From positions 1 through 64,000 of the IMG/VR virus record IMGVR_UViG_3300036859_000186: DNA of 64,000 bases; one strand, given 5' to 3'. The DNA is from a virus. The notes below the pieces were generated by a model. The model was not told the DNA's origin, ran no database searches, and worked only from the letters and a program-made list of their open reading frames with translations. Within the stretch, counting starts at the first letter, position 1, and every line of letters begins with the position of its first letter. Below are positions 36,401-47,751 of this stretch, piece by piece. Both the position numbers and the translations under genes were made by a program.

Positions 36401-39400
36401 CAACTCTTCGGCGAATTCTTTCTTGATCTCCGACGGTACCTCATCGTAGCGGTGGTCTTTGCCAGTGAGGTTGTCGCGGAGCCACGGCTCGTCAAAGAAA
36501 GCACCCTCATCGCTCAAAATTGAGAAGCGACGATCCTGTTTCACGCTCATGACTGCTCCTTGAACAATTCTCGATATTGCGTGTGCCAGAGACATTCATC
36601 GGGGAACACGTTCAGAATGTGCCGCCCAAGCCTGCGAAGAGCATGCTTCTCACGGTAGCTACCGTGAATGTCAGCATCGCCCAACAGTTGAGCGATAGCA
36701 GCGAGCACTTGCGACACATGCCTCATCGGAGATCCTCGCATCTCGTCGCAGTAGTGATTGGAATACCAGACCAATTCGAGACCAAAGTATTCGTAGATGG
36801 CGAACAACTTATGACAGAAGTCACACTTCACCCAAACGCCACGACGAATCCTCATCGGTTAGTCCTCCGTGATGCTTTCTGCATCTTGGACACGGACTTG
36901 TTTCGCTTCTTGCGTCCACGACGGCAGTGGAGCCTAGATGTTGGAATCACAGGCTGCAGTGACGAGAGGGGATGACCTGTGAGAGCGGCCATCAGCAGAA
37001 AGCTTGTCAGGTTTCGAGCCATCGAGCACCTCAGTCTGAATGGTCTTGCACTTCTTGCAGGTATGGATCGCCCAATACTCAGCCACTGTGTCGGCTAAGT
37101 GCTTGTGTTCCCACTCATGCCCACATTCGGGGCACCTATGTCGAAAGAGCACGGCTACCAATACCACCGATGCACATGACGGCCCACAACGATGTAGACG
37201 TATCCTATACCAATCTCAAAGCCGAATGAGCGGCATGTCTCGTCTTGAACGAAGTGGTCATGATACACCATTGGGTTAGCCCCTGAATTTGGGAGGCATC
37301 TGGACAGTGCCCTTGCCCGCTTTGCAGGCTTGTGGCTTACTCATGAGGAGGCCATGCTCTTGTCGAATGTTGATGACGTAGTTGCGTTGGCACCGGATAG
37401 CGCTGTCGTAGTCACCATGCGCCTTATAGTCCTTGGGGCCGCCCTTATTCGTCGATTTGGCAGCACCCTTGCAAGATTCTGGGGGCACGCCACAATCCCA
37501 TGCTACTTTGCGAGGGCCTTGCCGTTTGCCTGCGAATGCGGCCATTAGACGATATTCCTTCCCCTGACAAACCGCATTCCAACGAGAAACGCGGGTAATA
37601 GGAACCAAGGCCCAAACCAGTAGCAGCCCCAGATCAACCCAATGATGTTCACTACGGGGGTCTTCCAGCCCTTAGGGAATGTAATGACATCGCCCATTAG
37701 CTCGGTTCCTCTTGAGGCGTGACTTCGTTCTTGGCCTCAGTGATGGTCACATCGATGTTGTCGCCCTTACGGACTACAACAAAGGTGACGTTGATAAGAC
37801 CTTTACATAGCTGAACCAACGCGGGTCCAGCGATGTTGAGGTCGAGGCCATCGTCCATACTGATTTGTTCGATCTCAGTGGACAGGTTGATCGTGCGAGG
37901 CATCAGTGGGCCTTTCCCTTTATTGGCGTCTCGGCGAGGAGGACCGCTTCGAGTTCATCTTTGTATTCCGCCGCAACTTCAACGGCGGCATCGACCAATT
38001 CCTTGATGATCTTCCAATCCTTGGCGTCACCACCGTTGACGTTGATGGTAGTGGCAACGGCACGGGCCAACACAATGTGGCGAGGGGAAGCCTCTATCTT
38101 GGCCACACGCTCCTCAAGATCCTTGATGAGGGCCTCAGACACTTCACTAATGGCGCTCATGACTTCTCCTTATCTTCTTTGCACGAATACCAGCACGCTT
38201 TGGCTTTGCCTTCGTGGCGAGTTCTCTTAGCGTAGCCAAGTGCTCATTCGTCACGGCGTAGGACGTAGAGACATCATACATCGGTCTCTTGTCCTCGAAC
38301 TTGAACCTCATGACACCTCCATGTCCCAAACCTTACGTGTGTTTAGCTGCTGCGTGTCTTCACGAACGATGCTGCTATCAGGAGCAGCGTGGCACATGCC
38401 ATGTAAAGCATCGACTACCTCGCAAGGAAGTAATCTCGCGTTTTTGGGTATTGACCCCAGTTAGGGGCTTTTGATGAGTTCTTGGGGTCATGTAGCCATG
38501 CGAGTATGGCCTTGCGACCTTGCTCCAGGGGCTTGGCCATCTGTTTTGCTAACCCCTTGACGAAGATGTCCTCCATCTGCCGAAGGACAGTATCAAGCTC
38601 AGGGGTTGTAGACGATTGATTGGCCATTTCCCTCTCTCAACACCAAAAGGCCCACCCCAACATTATCAGAGGTAGGCCAATCAGTGTGCGCTTGCATGGA
38701 GGTGCGATGCGCTTACAAATGGCAAAAGGCCACGCCCATAGGGGTGGCCTCAAGGCTCTCTCCCAGCACGGAAGGGCTCAACCCCCACCGTAAAGAGCCT
38801 AACAGGATTGCAAGACGGCAGCAACGATCAAAGCAATGACTATGATGGCACGCATAGCCCAAACGCCCCAGTTGGGGTCTCCAGTGTCAAGCAGGATCGG
38901 GGCCATCGCTGTTACGTGCATGGAGTATGTCAGTCTCACCGTCCGCTGATTCCCTTCCACCTTCCAGTGAATGAGGCGAACCGCTTTCAGATGAGACTGG
39001 CACAACCCACCACATCTGACGATCACGCTCAAGGACAATCTCAATGCCCATGAGGAAGTCAAGGATGGCGTTAATCATCAGCTTTCCCCAAAGATGATGA
39101 TAGGGCTTGTGCGTTGGATTCTCCCCAATTGAATCACGGGGTAGTCCCCACGCTCAATCAATTGGAGGAACGCCCTGTCCATCGTCTCCACATCGGTGGT
39201 GTATGAGCGACACTCAAACACCTGCCCTAAGAGCATCTCTTGTGGGCTCTCTGATAGCCAGATGGTGTATGTTTGCTGAGGTGCGAACATTACTCCATAC
39301 TCCATCGTGCTACGCCTACCATGATGCTGATTGCCAAGGTGAGGTAGAGCACTGCAACGCCGATAGACCAAAGGATCTCGCCCACCTTAGCACCTCCCCA

Positions 39401-40038
39401 GTTTGCGAAGCTCGACTGTCTCTGCGCTCAAGTAACGAGCAGTGAGGAGAGCATCATGTGCGTCATTGGTGTAATACGCACGAGCCTCGGTATCCTCAAC
39501 ACTCAAGTCCTTGACTGTGATGCGAAACTCTTGCACCTCAGGCTTCCAGTTTGCCATCATGTATGGCAATTCACGGATTAGCCTTAGGGCCTCCATCTTC
39601 GATAGTGGGCTCATCACTGGCCTCCAGATTGGGGGGCAACCTGAACATGTAACTGAACGCGATCCAACCTATGGAGATTGAAGCACAATGCAGGCAGAGA
39701 TGCAAGTCAAGCCTGAAGTGTGTGTTGTCCTCCATTGCGAAGCGCCTCACCGAAGCCTTCCGATCTCAATCATGTCGAGGGTGTTCTCACTCACTCGTCA
39801 GTAGGGCCAAGTAGCTCTACCTTAACGACCCAAGACCATACAGGCGAAGCGCATTGGGGCTATCACCCATGATTATAGTCCACCACAGCACATTCTCTAA
39901 GTGGGATACTTGCTTACTATCTCCCATATAGTAATCAACCGTATTAGGCTTCGATCCACTACGAACAAGAGAGACATGCCCGATTGTCTCAATCTTATGA
40001 GGGAGCCAAGCTATTAAGGTCATTTGCGAGTGCCCCAT
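33495..40038 (-). other. array of small early hypothetical genes (many Zn-binding; RHH-like protein at 35113-35313)
   Basis: Contiguous short leftward ORFs with RBS and overlapping stop/start codons. Confidence 0.6.
36176..36296 (-). ncRNA. circularly permuted tRNA mimic (YrlA-like Y RNA)
   Basis: Order: anticodon 3' strand, AGGTC, T arm GGTGG-TTCGAAC-CCACC, acceptor stem closed by GCAA, TA, D arm GCTT-AGCGGTA-AAGC, anticodon 5' strand. Confidence 0.85.
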
Positions 40039-40931
40039 CCCTTGGTAGATGGTGATTGTTGACCTGTTACCTTGACATTAGCCCTTCGTCTTGGCTTAGT
40101 GAAGTCAGGTGGCGTAGGTCTAACGTGTATCATGAAGCACTTCTGACACTCGTTAAGCATAACCTTACGGTTACGGATATTGAGTCTTGCCTCTTCCCAT
40201 GTAGTGTAGCTCTCTAAGTCTTTACACTCAACCTTAGGCACATAACGCCTTGTGGGAATGTCAGCTAAGAGCCCCAACTTAATGAGGGGAGACTTAAGCG
40301 TTTGGTCCTTTAAGGGGACGCCAATGGGTTCTCTCTCACTCATACCTAATGCTGTGTGATCAGGTCTAAGTGGGATGATCTGAGTATTGCGTTCCTCAAT
40401 ACGTCTTACACAAGCCCAAGGGCCACGGTTACTACCTGTATAGGGATGTTCTTTGTCGGGTATGTGATTGATCAGAGTGACATGAAAGTGACTAGTATCG
40501 TTGATACAAGCTTTACACAAGTCACCTTGCTTATACTTGGGAACGTATGATATGATCTTCACCACATCACCCGTTAGGGGATCTAGTGTGCCGCTAGGAT
40601 CGTCTATTTCTCTCTTGACGAACCTATCAATCATTGTGACTGGTAGAGAAGTGCTTACTTCTACATTACCGCCACAAACGATACACTTAATGAGTGAATC
40701 ACTAACCTTAGCGATGAGTGTTTCAAGGTCAGCGAAAAGGCTAGAGTCTTTCACTCTAGTGCCTTGATTCTTGATCTGTGGGGCAGTATGAATGACTTCA
40801 CACACTGTAGGATGGGAGTTTAGAACCGTCTTACCCTTAACAGTGTGAGTCTGTAAGGTGCCACACTGAGCACAAGTGAAACGGCCATACCGTTTCTTGC
40901 TGTGCTTAGTGTTACACTCTATACAGTTCAC
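40020..40931 (-). CDS. early hypothetical Cys-rich protein
   Basis: 303 aa, several CxxC; visibly more AT-rich than neighbours. Confidence 0.6.
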   Translation of the reverse strand: MNCIECNTKHSKKRYGRFTCAQCGTLQTHTVKGKTVLNSHPTVCEVIHTAPQIKNQGTRVKDSSLFADLETLIAKVSDSLIKCIVCGGNVEVSTSLPVTMIDRFVKREIDDPSGTLDPLTGDVVKIISYVPKYKQGDLCKACINDTSHFHVTLINHIPDKEHPYTGSNRGPWACVRRIEERNTQIIPLRPDHTALGMSEREPIGVPLKDQTLKSPLIKLGLLADIPTRRYVPKVECKDLESYTTWEEARLNIRNRKVMLNECQKCFMIHVRPTPPDFTKPRRRANVKVTGQQSPSTKGWGTRK

Positions 40932-41080
40932 ATCACACCATAGAGGGTAAGGGTTAATCTTTAGTTCCCTATATGTCCCTACTACTAATGGTATTATATA
41001 GGAAACTGGACACGGCTAGCGCCCGGTTGCCGCTGGCGCTCCGGGCGGTCGGCGCGGGTGGTCTGCTGACCGACCTGCCG

Positions 41081-41109
41081 ATGATGCGCCCGGTTTTGGC
41101 GGTTGTCAA
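41081..41109 (-). promoter_or_regulatory. early leftward sigma70-type promoter
   Basis: TTGACA-17-CATCAT; GGCAGGCTTGACAACCGC repeated near 42000. Confidence 0.55.
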
Positions 41110-41347
41110 GCCTGCCTCGGAGCGGTCGGGCGGTCGGGCTGGAATGGTCGCCAAACCGCTCAGGATGGCCCAGGACGCGCGATCGACCGTCTAGCGCGGT
41201 CAAGCGGCCTGTAGCTGGCCCGGAGTCGAACAACGGGCTTGTGAGCGGTTTTCGCTGGCAGGTCGGCTTGCGGGCTGGAATGCCGCTCTGAGCCGCTAGG
41301 ATGGCTCAGGTTGAACGATAGCAGATTTGGCAGGGTTACGTGGGGCA

Positions 41348-41381
41348 GAAAAGGAAACGGCCTAGGGGTTAGCCTAGGCCG
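41348..41381 (-). terminator. intrinsic terminator
   Basis: CGGCCTAGG/CCTAGGCCG hairpin followed by TTTCCTTTTC. Confidence 0.55.
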
Positions 41382-41407
41382 CTTGCCTTGCCGACGATTG
41401 CGACGTG

Positions 41408-41917
41408 CTACAGGCTGAACAGTCCAGCCCGCGCCGCGACGCCTGTGGGGTTCGACCGTGCCGCCGCTTGTTCGGGTCGCGTCGCTTGCTCCGTGAGCCA
41501 GTCCTGAAACTGATCCGAGAGCTTGTCACGGAACGCTCCATGCACGGCCGCGCCGTCGTCAACGTAGTCGAACATAGCCGTTGGCGGAGCGTTCGGGCCA
41601 GAGTAGCGACCGGGATACGAGACGACGATGCTCTGTGCTCCGCTGACGATGCCTGCCGCCGTCTTCGTGTCCGGCTGTGCAACCAACGTCACGTTGCAGG
41701 AGAATTGCGTGCCGTCGATCTGCCGAAGAATGGCGAAACCGACCTTGCGCCGTCGAACGTTGGTCTTTTCGTCGGTGTAGGTTTGCTGCGCCTTCGGTGG
41801 CAGAGCGAAACGCACGAGTGAGAACGGAAATACGGGCGCTTTCGACTCGCCCTTGTCCGCCGCCTTTGCAGCGTTTGCCGCCGCGTTTACGTTGATGATG
41901 CTATCGCCTTTCGCCAT
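41408..41917 (-). CDS. hypothetical early protein
   Basis: AGGA RBS; own promoter and terminator. Confidence 0.6.
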   Translation of the reverse strand: MAKGDSIINVNAAANAAKAADKGESKAPVFPFSLVRFALPPKAQQTYTDEKTNVRRRKVGFAILRQIDGTQFSCNVTLVAQPDTKTAAGIVSGAQSIVVSYPGRYSGPNAPPTAMFDYVDDGAAVHGAFRDKLSDQFQDWLTEQATRPEQAAARSNPTGVAARAGLFSL

Positions 41918-41978
41918 TGTCCTACCTGCCTGCCGACCAGCTAGCGCCCGGTATGGGCGGAAACGGTCGAACGCTCCG

Positions 41979-42009
41979 AGCCTAGCACGGCACCTAGCGC
42001 GGTTGTCAA
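41979..42009 (-). promoter_or_regulatory. early leftward promoter
   Basis: TTGACA-19-TAGGCT with TG extension. Confidence 0.45.
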
Positions 42010-42633
42010 GCCTGCCCGTTGAAGCGTGCAATACCATGTTAAACGCTACGCCTTGCAATGGCCTAACCCTGCCCTACCTATTGCTACCTAGCAGCGTAGA
42101 CTAGCTATGCTACGTAAGTGTATGCGTATGCTAGGGTTACTGACTAGTTAGCAGTGACGAAGGCGTGACATGACACAGACTGACAGAGCTAGCGCCTATG
42201 GAGCGTAGGCTGACATAGTAGAAGTGTGCAACTAACTGACAGGAGGGGACCCCCTCACACTCTTTGGGACTCCTGCGACTCCGCCGGGGGGTCCATTTAC
42301 CAGAAAAAACTCAAAAAGGGTCAATGTGACTCTAAGTCCTTTACTTTCAGTCACTTAACTCACAACGCATTGCTAAGAGGAGACTGCACAGTCTGGCACA
42401 AAAAACGCAAAATTCCCCCTCTTATATACTAGAACAAACACTGAGTTTTTGGGATTTGCAAGAGAGGAATTTGCGTCGGGGGTCCCATCTAGCCGACCTT
42501 TAAGACCACCCCAAACTGAGCCCAAAATGGCGCATTGCATGGCCCCTGCGAGACTCGCTAGTCTCATGCAACGGCCCCTGGGAGTCACTACGCAATCCCA
42601 AATGGCCCTTTGGAGCCTCTTGTGGTCTTTTCC

Positions 42634-42662
42634 TTGACAACCCCCATATATCGTGTTATAAT
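42634..42662 (+). promoter_or_regulatory. consensus sigma70 promoter for late operon
   Basis: Perfect TTGACA-17-TATAAT with TG extended -10. Confidence 0.85.
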
Positions 42663-42882
42663 CACTCCTACTGGCTGACAATTATCCCTTTCCTGTCACC
42701 TCCCCGCCCCTGAGGCTTCGAGAGAAGCCGATTTTGCCACTGGCTTCCTCCCCTCCCTCCTAAGCCGGGCTCGGCAGGGCAAATTGCGTTAGGGTTGAAT
42801 ATCGGAGCTTACAGCTCCTTCGCGGCGGGAACCCTACATTCTCGGGGGCCAGGTCTAAAGCCTGTGTCCCCGGCCATTTTGA

Positions 42883-42957
42883 GCCACTGTAGTATAACGG
42901 TAGTATCCTTGCCTTCCAAGCAGGTGGGTGCGAGTTCGACTCTCGCCAGCCGCTCCA
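42883..42957 (+). tRNA. tRNA-Gly(TCC), two acceptor mismatches (possibly pseudo)
   Basis: CTTGC-CTTCCAA-GCAGG; TTCGACT; U73-CCA; GCCACTG/CAGCCGC. Confidence 0.75.
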
Positions 42958-43123
42958 TGCCGGGGCGGTGCACACAAACTCTTCCCCGGCCCCAATCTAT
43001 TTAGCAGCGTCCGAAACTACCTTGATTGGTCAACACCAAGCGACGCCTCCGGTGAATCCCGGCCCTGGTTGGTGATCCTAACTCCAGGCTGCTAACTACC
43101 TTTTAATCACGAGCATCTCTCGC

Positions 43124-43876
43124 ATGGCCTTTCCTAAGGCAACTCGCCGATATACTCAATTGGCCCTTGAAGAGGCTCAGAAGCACGAAGATGACACCTC
43201 TCGAAGAACTGGACCTCTTTTGCCAGAACCAACTCCAACGACTCCAAGAAAGTCTAGGGGCGGACCCGATTTCCATAAGCCCGGCTGCGGCTGTATTGCC
43301 TGCCGTGCACGCCGTCGGAAGGCGGAAGCCCTCGCTGGACCAACTAGAAGCGATACCAGCCTTGAGGATTACGCCCAGGCCGTGGTCAACACGCCTGCGG
43401 AAGAAGTTCTAGACGCCGATCTCCCGGTCCACGTCTTCCGAGACAAGACGCCTCGCGCCCGAGTAGCTCAATGGATGGCTATCAAGGCCCAAAACCCCAA
43501 GCTCAACAACCGAGAAATCTCGGAGGAAATGGGGATTGCCTACTCAACTCTTAAATCCATCCTCTCTCGTGCCAACAAAGCGGGCTGGCTGGTCTTCGAT
43601 GACCCCCTCTCTCGGATTGAGCACGAGATTATCCCCCAAGCTCTTGACAACGTCGCCTACTGGCTTGCCAAAAAGGACAAGTCGGTCACGATTGAGACCG
43701 TCAAGAACACCGTCTACCGCCAATATCTCGACTCTAAGGGTATTTCTGAGACGCCTAACAACGTTATTGCCCTGAAAATTGAGATGCCCCCCACTCTGAG
43801 CGGTCCAGTAAACTCCCTTCCCATCATTACCGGCCAAATCGTCGGTAAACCACGCCTTCCTGAGGGTGAGAGCTAG
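43124..43876 (+). CDS. putative terminase small subunit (HTH)
   Basis: NREISEEMGIAYSTL HTH; upstream of TerL. Confidence 0.55.
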   Translation: MAFPKATRRYTQLALEEAQKHEDDTSRRTGPLLPEPTPTTPRKSRGGPDFHKPGCGCIACRARRRKAEALAGPTRSDTSLEDYAQAVVNTPAEEVLDADLPVHVFRDKTPRARVAQWMAIKAQNPKLNNREISEEMGIAYSTLKSILSRANKAGWLVFDDPLSRIEHEIIPQALDNVAYWLAKKDKSVTIETVKNTVYRQYLDSKGISETPNNVIALKIEMPPTLSGPVNSLPIITGQIVGKPRLPEGES

Positions 43877-43915
43877 AAATCAGCTCATTAAATTCGGCAA
43901 GAAAGCGAATTTTTT

Positions 43916-44086
43916 ATGCCATGGAAATCTAGAGCCCAAGCGGCCTTCATGCACATTCACCATCCTGAGATTGCTGAACATTTTGACGAGGAAACTCGCA
44001 AAGCTGGCAAGAAAAAGCTTCCCTACAAGGTCGGAAAGCGCGCCGTGGATGGTCTAAAATCGGCTCACAAGCGTAAAAAGGACTAA
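43916..44086 (+). CDS. small basic phage protein (MPWKSRAQ...; not in ORF track)
   Basis: MP(F/W)KS.AQ..FM pattern, 56 aa. Confidence 0.6.
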   Translation: MPWKSRAQAAFMHIHHPEIAEHFDEETRKAGKKKLPYKVGKRAVDGLKSAHKRKKD

Positions 44087-44099
44087 ACGACGAGTTTCT

Positions 44100-45557
44100 A
44101 TGGCTAAGTGGACCCCAATAACTGCTGAGCCATTCTTCTATCAGCCAGACCAGCAGGCATTCCTTGCTGGAATGAAGAAACGCTGGTGCAAAACCTGCAA
44201 AGAGCCCTACCAAACAGTCCCGCCAATCGTAGCATGCCCAAAATGTCTACTTAAGGGCTCCCGAATGTTTGACCGGATGACAATCATCGCCGGACGACGT
44301 TGGGGCAAGTCCAAAGTAGGCTCCGTAGCGGGAGTTGAAGAGGCTACAGTTCCAGGAACCATCGGATGGGCCTGTGCTCCTACCAATCAGAAGCTCCACC
44401 GCTACGTAATTCCTGCCTTCGAAGAACTGATCCCAGAAAATTGGGTCAAAAGCTGGTCAGCTGAGTTCAATGATCTCCGACTCATCAACAATTCCTTAAT
44501 TCACTTCCAGACACTCGAAGATCCCGACCAGGGACGAGGGCAGGGACTGGATTGGCTATGGATTGATGAGGTCTGCGAGCTTACTCGTAAGCACTGGGAC
44601 ATTATCCGACCCTCTCTAGCTGGTGATACGGTCGCTTTCTTCACAACCTCTCCCCGTTCTTACGACTGGGTCTATGAGGAACTCTACAAACCCGCTGAAG
44701 ATGGTCTTCCAGGCTACTGGGCCTGCCACGCCCGAACCGCAGACTCTGCAAACCCTCGAATCAACGCCGAATTCCTGGCGAGAGAGCGTGAGCAGATGTC
44801 TGAGACGATGTATCGGCAGGAATATGAAGCCGACTTCGTTCACTTTACTGGATCGGTGTATGGGGATGCCCTCTCTGGTCAGATTCTGCGAACAGATGCA
44901 GAAATCAAGCGGCTCATTCCTGAATGGCCCGAGGTGGCCGGGTGGCGACAGGTTATCGTCGGAATCGACACCGGAGCAGACCACCCTTTCGGCGCAGTCA
45001 AGCTCGTCAACACCGAATCCGGCCTCGTTGTCATCGGAGACTACCTCGAACGGCACCGCACGTTCATGACGCACTGCTCTGACCTCCACAGACTTGCTGC
45101 AAGCACCTCCACACGGTGGGCATGCAACAAAAATGAGCGTCAGGGTATGCTAGAACTCTCTCAGCACAACATTACATGCTGGCCCGCCAACAACGACGTT
45201 GTTGCTGGCACAGAACGAGTCAAATCGTGGCTGGAACACAAGCAGCTCTTCTTTTACGAGCCAATGTGTCGTCGGACCATCCAACAGATGATGGCCTACC
45301 GCTGGGCCGAGAACACATCACCCAAAACTGACGAAAAGCGCACGGAAAAGGTCTTCAAGAAGGATGACGAACTTCCAGACTGCCTCCGCTACGCCCTCAT
45401 GACCTGGCCACAGCTTCCAGGCCCTCGTCTCGTTGCGAAACCCCAACGAGACATCACAAACCTTCCACCAGAAATGCGTAGCGCCATCGAAAGGATGCGC
45501 CGCATCGACGCGGAACCAGAACCGGCCAAAGATACCACTGGCGACTTCTGGAAATAG
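44100..45557 (+). CDS. terL: terminase large subunit
   Basis: AGRRWGKS, WIDE, TTSP, GIDTG, DELPDCLRY. Confidence 0.95.
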   Translation: MAKWTPITAEPFFYQPDQQAFLAGMKKRWCKTCKEPYQTVPPIVACPKCLLKGSRMFDRMTIIAGRRWGKSKVGSVAGVEEATVPGTIGWACAPTNQKLHRYVIPAFEELIPENWVKSWSAEFNDLRLINNSLIHFQTLEDPDQGRGQGLDWLWIDEVCELTRKHWDIIRPSLAGDTVAFFTTSPRSYDWVYEELYKPAEDGLPGYWACHARTADSANPRINAEFLAREREQMSETMYRQEYEADFVHFTGSVYGDALSGQILRTDAEIKRLIPEWPEVAGWRQVIVGIDTGADHPFGAVKLVNTESGLVVIGDYLERHRTFMTHCSDLHRLAASTSTRWACNKNERQGMLELSQHNITCWPANNDVVAGTERVKSWLEHKQLFFYEPMCRRTIQQMMAYRWAENTSPKTDEKRTEKVFKKDDELPDCLRYALMTWPQLPGPRLVAKPQRDITNLPPEMRSAIERMRRIDAEPEPAKDTTGDFWK

Positions 45558-45565
45558 CTACTATT

Positions 45566-46006
45566 ATGTATAGAAAGTTAGCTGGAGAAAAACTTGTTGC
45601 TTACCGTGCTTATCAGCGTGAGTGGATGAAAAAGTATAGGCAAAATCCATTGATCGCTAAACGTGGTTCTCAGCAAGCTCGTGAATGGCAGCTTAAAAAT
45701 CCAATTAGATTTGCATTTAGTTCATATAGTAGACGAGCTAAAAGAAAGCAATATGAATTCGAGTTTACTATTAAAGAATTTGAGCAAATGCTAAAAGCAT
45801 CTTGTTATTATTGTGGAGCAATACCACCTCCCTTTAATGGCATTGATCGTATTGACAGCTCTATAGGCTATACCAAACTAAATTCTGTTACTGCATGTCA
45901 GACTTGTAATTTAGCAAAAAATGATTTGTCAATAAGAGAATTCACAAGTTGGATTGAAAGAGTATCCAATCACATGCTTGGAGGCGCAAATGGCGTCTTA
46001 TGTTAA
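45566..46006 (+). CDS. HNH-type homing endonuclease
   Basis: CYYCG...GIDRIDSSIGY...CQTCN; AT-rich. Confidence 0.85.
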   Translation: MYRKLAGEKLVAYRAYQREWMKKYRQNPLIAKRGSQQAREWQLKNPIRFAFSSYSRRAKRKQYEFEFTIKEFEQMLKASCYYCGAIPPPFNGIDRIDSSIGYTKLNSVTACQTCNLAKNDLSIREFTSWIERVSNHMLGGANGVLC

Positions 46007-46421
46007 GATACTTGATTTCGTGGAGCAACTAGGTCTTGCTAAGCACAATTGCAACACCGATACGTTCAAGGTCATGCTCACAAACGTGGCCCCAGTTGCC
46101 ACGAACACGGTGAAGGCCGACCTAACCGAAATCTCTGCCGGTTCCGGCTATACAGCCGGTGGAGAGGACGCCCAGAACACCTATGCTGAGGCTGCCGGCA
46201 CAGCAACCTGCACCTGCACCAAGATTGTTTGGACCGCTACGGGTGGGTCAATCGGACCTTTCCGTTACTTCACGATTTACAACGACACGCAGACCTCCCC
46301 AGCCGATCCACTTATCGCTTTCTGGGACTATGCCTCCTCGGTCACTCTACTAGATGGCGAAACTTTCACAATCAAATTCAACAATGGCGCAGTCACAGGA
46401 ACTCTCTTCACCATCGCCTAA
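45990..46421 (+). CDS. virion structural protein
   Basis: GYTAGG, GPFRY, FWDY motifs; GGAGG RBS. Confidence 0.7.
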   Translation: MASYVKILDFVEQLGLAKHNCNTDTFKVMLTNVAPVATNTVKADLTEISAGSGYTAGGEDAQNTYAEAAGTATCTCTKIVWTATGGSIGPFRYFTIYNDTQTSPADPLIAFWDYASSVTLLDGETFTIKFNNGAVTGTLFTIA

Positions 46422-46422
46422 C

Positions 46423-46590
46423 ACGGCCCCTAACAAGTGCTGTGCTGAATCACTTGCGGGTGAACGAGCAGTCATGTATACCCATCGTGGTGATCTCTCA
46501 ATTACCACATGTATCGAGTGTGGTCGTAAGCACTACGAGCTAACCCTAGATCCTGGGCGGTTCGGCATCAAATTCTTTGGTCCTAACTAA
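46423..46590 (+). CDS. small Zn-binding protein, possible ACG start
   Basis: CC...CIECGRKH; TAAC-ACG junction. Confidence 0.5.
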   Translation, partial: TAPNKCCAESLAGERAVMYTHRGDLSITTCIECGRKHYELTLDPGRFGIKFFGPN

Positions 46591-46599
46591 GCTGCGCAA

Positions 46600-47736
46600 A
46601 TGGCCAATTTCAACTTCAGAACATTCACACACTCTGGCCGACTAGAGCGCTGGCTCGGACCCAACCATGTTGAGTCCATGAGCACGTCGATGAAGGACTG
46701 GTATGGTCCTCCTATTGCTGTCTCTGGCGTCCCAGGAAACGTGTGGGCAATGAAGGGCGGTGACTTCACTGGCCCTTGCAATTGGGGTCAGTTTGCTAAC
46801 ATCAAGGACTACACGACCCAACACATTAAGCGTATCCTTAGGAATGTAGCAAAGCGTCAGCTCTCCACAACCAATGCCGGCTTTGCCTCCCTTTCCGACA
46901 TCATCTCTGAAGCTACAGTTGGTGGGAAGGCTCGCTTTTTCCATTACCATAAAAATGGTGTGACTGGCGCAGTGAACGTAACTAGCTCTCTTTGGGGACT
47001 AGGAACTATGCCCACAGCTGGTGCAAATGCTGCCGCGGCACCCGGTGGAGAAGCTCCAGTCGATTCCACAGTTGGAGCTTATGCATTTACTAATCCAACG
47101 GGTGGTGACACACAACATATCATAAACCTAGCAATGGGTGGATCTGTTGCTGCTAACAATCTTCTTCTATACGATCGAATCTTCCAAGTTGATAAGACCA
47201 TGAACTCCAGTGCCACCGAGTCGGTAACAGGAGTTCCCACTCGCTATCAATCCTCTACTTCGACCGATGCCAACTATGCTGGAGGCAATTTCTTTTTCCC
47301 AGAAGTCGGTGGCACTGCTCTAGCTAATACTGCTCATAACTGGACAGTGTGCCAATACCGCAACCAGGCCGGCACGGATGCTCAAACTGCACCCTCAGCA
47401 ACAGGAGTGAACTCAGCCATTGCACGCCGTATTGATCTCAGTGCGGCGGGTGCATGGTTCATGCCACTGGCTTCAGGTGACACGGGCGCAATGGACCTGG
47501 CACAAATCCAATGTTCAGCTCTTGTGGCCACAGGTGTCATCAACTTCGTTATAGGTCACCCGATCGCGTGGTGCCCTTGCCCAGTTGCCAACATCATCAA
47601 TATCAATGACAATATCATGACTGCCTTCAATCTAGTCAGGGTATTTGATGATGCTGCTCTCGCCTGGTTAGAGGTTAATAAGCCTGCTACAACTGCTACG
47701 ACCTACACGGGAACTATTACAACGGTAAGCGGCTAG
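46600..47736 (+). CDS. putative virion protein, paralog A
   Basis: High similarity to next gene. Confidence 0.7.
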   Translation: MANFNFRTFTHSGRLERWLGPNHVESMSTSMKDWYGPPIAVSGVPGNVWAMKGGDFTGPCNWGQFANIKDYTTQHIKRILRNVAKRQLSTTNAGFASLSDIISEATVGGKARFFHYHKNGVTGAVNVTSSLWGLGTMPTAGANAAAAPGGEAPVDSTVGAYAFTNPTGGDTQHIINLAMGGSVAANNLLLYDRIFQVDKTMNSSATESVTGVPTRYQSSTSTDANYAGGNFFFPEVGGTALANTAHNWTVCQYRNQAGTDAQTAPSATGVNSAIARRIDLSAAGAWFMPLASGDTGAMDLAQIQCSALVATGVINFVIGHPIAWCPCPVANIININDNIMTAFNLVRVFDDAALAWLEVNKPATTATTYTGTITTVSG

Positions 47737-47751
47737 AGACTTTTCCCTAAA

